From assembly GCA_022813865.1 (NCBI GenBank), contig JALDZX010000047.1, forward strand, positions 1 to 64,000: DNA of 64,000 nucleotides. Reading direction: 5' to 3'. The notes under the pieces were generated by a model. It saw only the letters and a program-made list of their open reading frames with translations, was not told the DNA's origin and did no database searches. The translations under genes and the position numbers were made by a program. Each line of letters opens with the position of its first letter. Position 1 is the stretch's first letter. Origin of the DNA: Xylographa opegraphella. Taxonomy: Eukaryota. This document shows, piece after piece, positions 49,025 through 58,818 of the stretch.

Positions 49025-51451
49025 TCACCGCCACGCCTCCAGCCCTTTCAGCAGGCACCCCGGCTGGGCAGCAGCACGAGGGACGAGCCTCCCGACCTCG
49101 AAGACCGTCTCGCCCGCGTTCTCCAGCGTCATGATCGTCGGCACCACATCCGCCTCGGCCACCACGAGCACCATGCCCAGCCCCATATTGAACACCGTTG
49201 CCACCTCCATCTCCTCGAGCGCGCCCGCCGTTTTCAGCCAGCGGAACACGGCCGGCAGCGGCCACCGGCCGGCGTCCAGCTCCGCCGCCAGGTGCGCCGG
49301 CAGCATGCGCGGCACGTTCTCGAGCAGGCCGCCGCCCGTGATGTGCGACATGCCCTTGACGAGGGCTTGGCCGGCGACGCGGAGCAGGGGCTTGACGTAG
49401 ATGCGCGTGGGCACGAGCAGGCTCGCGCCCACGCTCGCGGTCGGGTCCCAGGGCGCGGCGTCGTGCACGCTCAGCTTGGCGCGCTGGAGGATCTTGCGGA
49501 TGAGGGAGAAGCCGTTCGAGTGGCAGCCGTCGGAGGCGAGGCCGAGCACCACGTCGCCGGCGACCATGCTGTCTTTGTCGGGCAGCAGCTTCCGGCCCTG
49601 CGGCAACGCGCCCACCGCGGCTCCCACGGCGTCGTACTTGCCCCCGTCCTCTTTGCTCGCCGTGCCCTCTCCCCCGAACAGGCCGGGCATTTCCGACGTC
49701 TCGCCGCCGACGAGCGCGCAGCCGGCTTCGATGCAGCCGCGAGCAACGCCCTGCACGAAAGCGGCGGCGACGTCGACGTCGAGCTTGCCGCAGGTGTAGC
49801 AGTCGAGGAAGAAGAGCGCTTCGGCGCCCTGCACGACGAGGTCGTTGACGTTCATGGCCACGCAGTCGATGCCGACCGTGTCGTGCTTGCGCATCTCGTG
49901 CGCGATGTTCAGTTTCGTGCCGACGCCGTCGATGGCGCCGATGAGGAGTGGAGGTTGGTAGTAGCCGGCCGCTTGGAGGTCGACCACGCCGCCGAATCCG
50001 CCGATGCTGGCATCCGCTCCGGGACGCGCTGTCGATTTGACGAGTGGGATGATGCGCTTGACGAGCTCGTTGCCGGAGGATATGGAGACGCCGGCGGAGG
50101 CGTAGGTCAGGGCGGCTTGGACTTCGCTTGTGGGACTGGTGTTCTCTGTGGTGGATTCTGATACCTTGAGAGCACGGTGGCCGATATCTTTCCGGTAGTG
50201 CATTCCCGAGAATTTGATGGTTGAGATGCCTTGGTAAGCAGCCTCTATGGCTTCCGTCAGAGTCGCGCCGGTCGAGTTGGCCGCTATTATTCGACCGCCG
50301 GATGTCTTGAGAGTGTCAGAAGAGATTGTGGTGCCGGCATGGAAAATCATGGTCCCAGCTGCCGGTTCTTCAAGCTGTACCTCGTCGCCACGCACATAGG
50401 GTCCTGGGTAACCGCCGGCACACGCAACAACTGTCGCGGAGAATTTGGAGTCGATCTTGAGTTCGACAGCGTCGAGCCAATGTTCTGTACAAGCCAGCAT
50501 TACTTCTGCTAGATCTGTTTCTGCGCTTAGGAGAGGTAGGAGCGTCTGAGTCTCTGGGTCTCCGAATCGCACATTGTACTCTAGAACCTTCGGACCTGTT
50601 CTGGTGATCATGAGTCCGGTGAACAGAAGCCCAACAAACGGCATCCTTTCTTTCCGCATACCGTCGATGGTCGGTTGAATAATGGTGCGATGTATTTCCT
50701 GGACCAATTCTGAGGTGGCTACTTTTGTAGGTGCATAGCATCCCATGCCCCCAGTCATTGGTCCCTGGTCGTTATCAAACACTTGTTTGTGATCTTGTGC
50801 AGCTGGCAAAGACTTGACAGTATACCCATCACTGAAGGAGAGTATGCTAAGCTCTTCTCCCACCAAGAACTCTTCGATTACCACTTCATCTCCGGCAGCC
50901 CCAAACTCCCTCTTGAGCATGATATCCTTCAAGGCCTCGAGTCCCATTTCTTTGGTCGCTGGTATCATGACCCCCTTCCCAGCCGCAATACCACTGGCCT
51001 TGATAACCACGTCATGCGAGACAGATTCCAGATAAAGTTTGGCCTTCTCGTAGTCATTGAAATTCTGAAATGCAGCAGTGGGGATCTTATGCCGGGCCAT
51101 GAAATCCTTTGCAAACGTCTTCGAGCCCTCCATCCGCGCAGCTACTTTTGATGGCCCAAAGCAACGCAGACCAGCTGCCCTACACGCCCCTTCGATACCG
51201 GCTACTAGAGGGGCTTCAGGTCCTGGGACAACGAGATTGACTCCCTTTTCTTTAGCGAACGCCATCAAGGCGTCAAAGTCCTCGGCTTGGATATTGCTGA
51301 CATTCTCCACCGTGTCAAGACTACCTGAACCAGTGCCGCCATTCCCAGGAACAACGAAGATCTTCTTGACCCGTGACGACTGATTGAGCTTCCATGCCAA
51401 AGCGTGCTCACGGCCCCCATTGCCAACAAGGAGGATTGTAAGATTTTCCAT
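49025..51451 (-). CDS. ADE5,7: Bifunctional GAR synthetase / AIR synthetase
   Basis: GNGGREHALAW, EYNVRFGDPETQ, GGFGG, DGVGTK, GGETSEMPG, HSNGFSL, SHITGGG; single exon. Confidence 0.97.
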   Translation of the reverse strand: MENLTILLVGNGGREHALAWKLNQSSRVKKIFVVPGNGGTGSGSLDTVENVSNIQAEDFDALMAFAKEKGVNLVVPGPEAPLVAGIEGACRAAGLRCFGPSKVAARMEGSKTFAKDFMARHKIPTAAFQNFNDYEKAKLYLESVSHDVVIKASGIAAGKGVMIPATKEMGLEALKDIMLKREFGAAGDEVVIEEFLVGEELSILSFSDGYTVKSLPAAQDHKQVFDNDQGPMTGGMGCYAPTKVATSELVQEIHRTIIQPTIDGMRKERMPFVGLLFTGLMITRTGPKVLEYNVRFGDPETQTLLPLLSAETDLAEVMLACTEHWLDAVELKIDSKFSATVVACAGGYPGPYVRGDEVQLEEPAAGTMIFHAGTTISSDTLKTSGGRIIAANSTGATLTEAIEAAYQGISTIKFSGMHYRKDIGHRALKVSESTTENTSPTSEVQAALTYASAGVSISSGNELVKRIIPLVKSTARPGADASIGGFGGVVDLQAAGYYQPPLLIGAIDGVGTKLNIAHEMRKHDTVGIDCVAMNVNDLVVQGAEALFFLDCYTCGKLDVDVAAAFVQGVARGCIEAGCALVGGETSEMPGLFGGEGTASKEDGGKYDAVGAAVGALPQGRKLLPDKDSMVAGDVVLGLASDGCHSNGFSLIRKILQRAKLSVHDAAPWDPTASVGASLLVPTRIYVKPLLRVAGQALVKGMSHITGGGLLENVPRMLPAHLAAELDAGRWPLPAVFRWLKTAGALEEMEVATVFNMGLGMVLVVAEADVVPTIMTLENAGETVFEVGRLVPRAAAQPGCLLKGLEAWR

Positions 51452-51754
51452 TTTTGAATACAGGACGATATCGGAGGGGATTACAGCATTCTTGTAGGCT
51501 TATCGTCCAAGGCAAAACCCAAATCATGCACAAAACTCAACATACGATTTAGAAAGTGCCAAATTTATTGTAGTCGAATCTAATCATAAAGCGGCCTTCG
51601 GTGAGTGCTAAAAAAAATTTGCAGCAGATTTCTTCCGCTTGGGAAACTCAAAAGTTGAGAAGTTCTCGAAAAAAGTGATCTCTCCACCTAGCGTGCTAGC
51701 TACGACCGTACTTCCATCACATTCGTTCTCGAGTCGTTTGTTGCCGTACTGAGG

Positions 51755-53104
51755 ATGATAGTTATCAGTAGGGTTGCTACTATCTTGCCACTGTAATACA
51801 CTGACGGCGGCACAGGAGTGCCATGCTCTTCAGCCAATCTCGGTAAATGCAATCCGTAGAAAATTTCTCCCAAGCACTCAATATTGTGGTGTATTTACTA
51901 CACTTTCCTGCGTGAACAACCAAGTACTGAGAACCTACTCATTATTCTTATGCGAACTCTGGCAGCAACCGGATTTACTACCACGGTGTATTTACTCATG
52001 TTTTTTCAGGGCCTGGGTTTGATGTCATCGGACTTGCCCTTTCCATATATCTAGAGTTGCAAGTCTCCATTTCAGAAGAGCCGCCGTCACCTACTCCAGC
52101 TCACCTGAACTGTACTATCACGTACGAAGGTCTAGGCGCTGAGAGCGTGCCTCTGATTGCGGATCACAACCTAATCACCCAAAGTGCGCTTTACCTACTT
52201 CGGTGTAATGGTGTCCACTCGTTTCCAGCCCATACCAGTGTTCATATCAAAAATCCAATCCCTCTGGGAAGAGGACTCGGCTCTTCTGGCGCAGCTGTCG
52301 TTGCAGGCATTCTGCTTGGCAATGTCGCCGGTAGCTTCAACCTCCCGAAGGAGAGAATTCTGGATTACTGTCTCATGATTGAAAGGCACCCTGATAATGT
52401 TGCGGCCGCACTTTATGGTGGCTTTGTTGGTACGTATTTGAGGGAATTAGAGCCGGGAGCTATGGCGCGAAAAGAGATCCCCTTAAGTGAGGTATTGCCC
52501 GCTCCAGCGGGTGGTGTCGATACCGGATTGAGGCCTCCAGAAGCGCCAGTGGGTATCGGACATTACATCAAATTCAGATGGGCACCCGAGGTAAAAGCGA
52601 TAGCCATAATACCTGACTTTGAAGTCAAGACGGCCGAAGCGCGAGGAGTGCTGCCTGAGACATACTCAAGATCGCATGTGGTGGGTTCAGAACCAGTGTA
52701 TTCGTGGATTATACGTACTAACAGCTATGCAGACGTTCAATATGCAAAGGATCGCGCTGCTCACGACAGCTCTTGGGCAATCGCCGCCTGATCCAGAGCT
52801 TATCTACGAAGCCATGCGGGACAAAGTACACCAACCTTACCGCAAAGTCTTGATACCGGGGCTTGCAGATGTGCTGGATAAAATGTCTCCACAGTCGCAT
52901 CCTGGCTTGTTGGGTATCTGTCTGTCGGGAGCTGGACCTACGATCTTGGCACTAGCTACGAACAATTTTGAGCAGATCGCTGAAGCTATCATACAGATAC
53001 TTTCACTGTTCAAGGTCAACGGTAAAACCGTTAGCTGTGAGTGGAAACTGTTGCAGCCTGCAGAGGATGGAGCGACGGTGAGCGGAAACTTGAGAGGATC
53101 TTGA
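51755..53104 (+). CDS. THR1: Homoserine kinase; introns 51768-51815, 51843-52009 and about 52681-52732
   Basis: Spliced MIVIRVPCSSANLGPGFD; PLGRGLGSSGAA, ERHPDN, DKVHQPYR, LSGAGPT. Confidence 0.95.
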
Positions 53105-53484
53105 AATGAAATAAGCTGGGCATGTCGTGCATGAGGATGCGCTAGAACGCCGGTATAGAGGTTGGCCTAGATATCACAGGACGTTCGATTGTATTTTAAT
53201 CGTCGTATTTGGAGCTCGATGCTCGTACCTACATATGGGAAGGCGTTAGAGATAACCGAAAGACTTCTGTAGACTCGAAATCTCGAGGAATAAACCTGTG
53301 TCGAGACAGATAATCATCTGCATTCGGGATCACACAATGTCTTTCAGAACACTTCTGTGAAACTAGAATAAAGGTGAATTTTGCGGAGTGCACACTTCAA
53401 GCCGCTTCAAAGTCCACTTTCCCAATTCCCGAAGAGCAGACTCTCGGAATCAGTCCGAAAACCCACAAGGCTGAGAAAAAAAAA

Positions 53485-53508
53485 NNNNNNNNNNNNNNNN
53501 NNNNNNNN
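53485..53508. other. Assembly gap (Ns) after a poly-A run
   Basis: Run of N. Confidence 1.
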
Positions 53509-53595
53509 CAACTTCCAATTGTCCAATCAAACCCCAGCACCCATCATCCCACTCCTCCACCACCCTTCCCTATCTCCTCCACTCAACCAAAAACC

Positions 53596-54500
53596 ATGCC
53601 GCCCACCTCCTTCCCCGCCCGCACCGCCTTCATCGAGCGCAACACCAAAGAGACCAAAATCCAAGTCTTGCTCTCCCTCGACGGCGGCGCGCTCGACCTG
53701 CTCCCCTCGACCACGCACTTCCCCTCCACGCCCTCCTCCTCGACCTCCTCCCTCGCGCACGCCGCCTCCCCCCTGTCCATCCCGCACATCCCCGAGCAGA
53801 CGGAGGAGACCCACGCCTCGCAGACGTCGCCCTCGCAGCAGATCTGGATATGGACGGGCATCGGCTTCCTGGACCACATGCTGCACGCGCTGGCGAAGCA
53901 CGCCGGGTGGAGCCTGCGGCTGCGGAGTAGAGGGGATCTCGCCAGTGAGTTGAGCCGCCGCCTTGCTTTCTACATCTTGCTGCTTCCGCACCTCCCACCA
54001 CGAAGCACACCCTCCTGAGCTCCCCCTCCTCAGCCCCCCCTCCTCTTTCCCCCAAAACCCCCATCAAACCCTCAACTAACCCCACCCTCCCAGTCGACGA
54101 CCACCACACCACAGAAGACACGCTCCTCGCCCTCGGCAGCGCCTTCTCCGCCGCGCTGGGCGCGCGCACCGGCCTCGCGCGCTTCGGCACCGCCCACGCC
54201 CCGCTGGACGAGGCGCTCGCGCGCGCGGTCGTCGACCTCTCAAACCGGCCCTTCTTCGTCGGCGTCTTCGGCTTCCAGAACGAGAAGATCGGCGCCCTTA
54301 GCACGCAGATGGTGCACCATGGCCTGCAGAGCTGGAGCCAGGCCGCCGGCGTCACGCTGCATGTGGATGTGCTGCGTGGGGAGAACGATCACCATCGGGC
54401 CGAGAGCGCGTTCAAGGCGTTGGCGGTGGCGGTGAGGGAGGCGTGTCGAAGGGTGGAGGGGAGGGAGGGGGAGGTGGTGAGCACGAAGGGGGTTTTGTGA
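53596..54500 (+). CDS. HIS3: Imidazoleglycerol-phosphate dehydratase; intron 53945-54093
   Basis: [63 protein letters not shown]. Confidence 0.97.
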
Positions 54501-54884
54501 CGTGGGACCAGAGGTGTGGGGACCGGTGGACGGAATTGTGGGAAGGGGATGGAGGTGCTGAGGATGGAGCATAAATATTTAGGGAGGGGAATTGTGTGTT
54601 GGCAGTTATTCGATATTTAGGTATAGAGATCTGTTTCGCAAGAGGGAACTGCAGAAAGCTGCGTTGTAAGTGTAAGCATACTTTTGTATATTATCTAGAC
54701 TTCCGCAAGCACGATGAATGGCATACATGGACAATTGTAAGCAGGCCGAGCATTTTACGCAAGCTTTATTCTAAGAGATCGATCAAATCCGGTCGTCCAA
54801 GGCGCCTTGCTGTATAACCTCACCTGTGCAGGCACTCTTCTGAACATTCAAAAGAGCTTACATAGTCTCTCCACCGTTGATACC

Positions 54885-56836
54885 TTACGGGCCTTCGTCT
54901 CCTGGTCCCCCACCGCGTCCAGAGCCGACAGCTTCGGCAGCACTCAGGCGAAGGGCCTCTTTCAGTTCAGACTCATTGATGGCGTCGATGGCTCTTCTAT
55001 GCCAATCAGCCTCGCGAATTGAAGACTGATGGTTTGCATCCGGTTCAATGCCGTGGATGTGATTAGAGTGGCCGTCGCTGACGTTGGTATCATTGCCGTT
55101 GTCGTCACTATTTCCGGTCTCCCTATTGTTCCCATTACGGTTGCTATCAGCATTTCCATCTTCGGCTTCGCCATGGACTTCATTACGACTGTGATTTTTC
55201 ATTGTGACCATATCATCCATCACGTCGTCTGAGAAGTGCTTTCGACCCAACATAAACTTATATGCTGCATCGCGCCCGAGATACATTTTCAGATCCTGGA
55301 AGTAACGAGGCCTGAAGCTTAAGCAACCTCTCTTCAAGCCAATTTCAGGACCAAGAGTATCCAAGAAATCTGTTACTTCTCGACACCAGCAACGGCTTTC
55401 AAGAGTCTCCAGTAATAGCACTATATCCACTCGCCTCCAATGCGTCATTCTCCTAAGATATTTTGCGATTTCTATATCATGCCCATTCCGTGCGTTAATG
55501 TACGGAACCCCATGAAGCTCCGTGTAATAATAATAAGTACGTTGTGCTTTGCTATAGGCCTCGTACTCTTTCCGTGTTAGATGTATCTCGTAGTCGTGAG
55601 GGTATCTTCCCCACTGCATCTGATGGATACCGACCTTGAGTATGAGATGCCTTCTCTCAGGAACGGCCTGCGCTACGAACGGGGACGCCAAATTTTCGCT
55701 GAGTTTCCTCGAGAGACGTTCGAGATGGTCGAACGTCCCCCAGATGTGGGTAGAATTATTCAGATTGTGTAAGATAATTGTTGCACTTGGTAACCACCTC
55801 GCGTTCTGTTGTGCTGTGGAGTTATGGTGGGAGGAATCGTCGACAACATCGAAATTAAAGTCGAAGATAATGCGCCTACGTAACAGGATGTGTTGCCAAC
55901 CTTCTTCCCAAAGCTTTCGGCAAGTGAAGAGAATATTGAGATTCCTTCCAGAATTGCACCTGGCAATGGTAGGTACCACACCCCATTCTGTACGGTGTCT
56001 GCTCTGATGCGTATCGAAATATTGCTGGGACGGATAGAAGAAAGGTTCCGGGCCTAGAACAAGTCCCATTATTCGACTTCGTATAGGAGACGGAAGCCGC
56101 ATCAACGGAGCAGTATGTTTGCTAATCCAGTTCCTAGGCGTGCTACGCGGACGAAATTCGAGACGTCTATTAGAGAGAGAGCGATTGGGACCCAATCCAC
56201 TCTCCAACTCACACCTAAATGCTTCACACCATATCATTTTCGTTGGATGTCCATGATCATCAAATGGGAGGCCCACGACCACCACCTCCTCATATGTTTT
56301 CAATGACCGTAGACTCTGGACCAGTATGTTTGTCACATCGACTGGAATCGGAGTACCATTCCCAGCCCAGCAATTTTGGAACGCTACCGAGAAAGACCCC
56401 CGCTGCTTGTCGGATTTGCCAAGCGCTTTGACCAGCCTGTATGTATCGTGTCTCTTTGGCTCGGTCTCTGAGGCTCGGTCTCTGAAATGAGTTCATGGTC
56501 GGATACGAGAAGCTGCACATTGTGCAGGAAATCGGTAGTTCGGAGGCCACCAAAAATCGATCTCAAGGGTGTCAGAGGTTGGTGATGCACCTTATCGAAA
56601 ACAAATTTATTAGTCTTGTAGAGAATACCTATTGCCTCTGTATAGATGGTTCGACATGTGCGTAATATAGATAGAAATATAGGGACGATCTTGTGAAACG
56701 GGTCAGAGTTTGGAATATTGATGGCACCATCTTCGTGAGCATCGAAGAGCTGATGATACACAAGACATCGAACCTCTGCGGGTAACCAAAAGAATGAGAA
56801 AGGCCCTCTTCCGGCAGTCTGAAAAGCTGTTGCCAT
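54885..56836 (-). pseudogene. Frameshifted ~645-aa protein with two F-box-like (LPxE-type) modules
   Basis: FFWLPAEVRCLVY..SILRTCRTIYTEA..ILY and LMRLPSPIRSRI..NILFTCRKLWEEG; ORFs 56384-56845 and 54885-56336 fuse in frame when one copy of a 14-bp duplication is removed. Confidence 0.7.
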
Positions 56837-57042
56837 AGTCTCCAATACTATTCACGACTATGTTTGAAGTCCAGTGCGTTTAACAGTCTCTTGCCTCGAT
56901 AGCATAGTTGGAAATATATAGTAGATGATGGTGATCGATATCTGGAAGAAGTAACTCTGTTCTGTGTCATGCGACATGACTGAGTGGGACTGAAAGTCGA
57001 CTCAAGTCCAGGAATTTTATCGTCCGGTGGTATTCATGCTCT

Positions 57043-58285
57043 TCATGGAGTCATATTATCCGCCGGCTCGGCCTGGTCGTGATCATGTACTTCACCATCC
57101 TGATCACCATACTTTTCATCGCCCTCTTCTCCATCCTGCATCTCATCATCTTCTCTTCCGTCGTCATCTTTATCATCATTCTCTTCTTTGATATCTTTCG
57201 TTCCATCTCCCTGTCTGACATTAACTCCATCACCACCGGAGGGAAAACTCAAGTGCTTCCAGTCCTCTATCTCCTCAATAATACTTCGCAGTCGATCTCT
57301 TACGCTCTCCACAGCATAACTACCTAGCAACAGTCTAAGGGGTGGAAAGCTGCAGTGACCTAGTTGCCAGACAAGCTCGGCTGCCTTGACTACACTCGTA
57401 GGCTGTTTATCCCCCAGCCATTGTACCATCCTCTTCGCGTGCCCTGCTGGAGCTGTCGGTCCCGCGTACGGTTCACTCGCGGGCTTGATGAAGAAGTGTC
57501 CGAATGTAGGTAGAGGGTTGGTTTTGCTGTCTGGTTCATCTCTTCTGACATGACCAGGCTCCACAAGCGTAGCCTTGATATTGAAAGCATCGATCTCGTA
57601 TAGCATGCTCTCGATAAGTCCTTCGACGGCGTATTTCGTTGCACAGAAAGGGCCCAAGCCAGGAACTCCCAAGGCTCCAGAAGTACTACTGAAAATCAGA
57701 TATCTACCGCCCTCTCCATTTGGTCGACTTCTGAAGTAGCCCAGGCTCAACTGGATAATGTTCAAAGTCCCCCAGAAATTGGTCTCGAACTGATTACGGA
57801 TCTCATATTCGTCTTGATCCTCACAAGCTCCAATCACACCGTAGCCAGAACAATTCGCTATTATATCAATGCGGCCCCAGTGTGCGATTGACGTCTTGAT
57901 CACGGCGTCCACAGTCTCACGAACACGAACATCACACAGTAGACCAAGGCAATGGGACGGCGATGATCGAGAGGAGCTAGAAGACCAAGCTTGCATAGAG
58001 GAGAGGGAATGTTCGAAAGTACGGCCAACGGCCGTAACTAGGTCATTGTGTGTTAGAGCAGCCTTGACGACGGATCGACCCATGTGACCAGTTGCTCCAA
58101 AGATCTAGAAGAGAGGGTAAGTTCATGAAATCGAAATTTTGGATTGGATGAAGTGGACGCACAACCCACACCAGCTGCTTGGAGGGATTCTGGGGACCTG
58201 GCGGATCGCACGAAACGGGCAATTGAAGCTTGGAGTTTTGAGATGCAGATGTTGGTGACATCGCAAGATCGACCCCATCCTCCAT
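57043..58285 (-). CDS. Short-chain dehydrogenase/reductase with acidic tail; one 5' intron
   Basis: Spliced VWV|IFGATGHMG, GRIDIIAN, QFETNFWG, SSTSG, FCATKYAVEG, TLVEPG, PLRLLLG. Confidence 0.88.
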
Positions 58286-58818
58286 ATCCGAGCGTCTGTT
58301 GGCCTCTGCCACGGAGGCAGTCTATCCGTATTACCTTTGCATCTTTGTCAGGAGATATTGAGTGACAAATTGTGGGGAAACCGAGCTTTGGAAGGGCCGA
58401 GGCTGGTGCCGGCCCGTGCCCTCGCTTGCTGCCGCTTTGGGATAAAACTAGCTCTGACCTGTACGCTGTACTCCTTCCATCCTACCTAGGTACCTAAGCT
58501 GCTGCGATTATTATTCTGGCAGACTGGCATTGTGCGATAGCATCGGGTAATCGGTACAGTCAGTCCCACGGATAGTAGTGTCCTAAATTTATGACCTCCA
58601 GTTGCCCCGGTTGTCTACCATGTTTGGTGTGCAGATTGGCCACTTGGGCATATCTTCGGGCTGACCCGGTCGTTGGAAATGTCGTAGCCTCGTCCCTATC
58701 TACTTATTGTCATCCTCTCAATTGATTCTATAGCCATCGTGTCTGGTCACTCCCATTACTTGATCTGTACTTCTTGTTTCTCTGCCTGATCTCGATCTTG
58801 TGCCTATCGTGTCACAAC

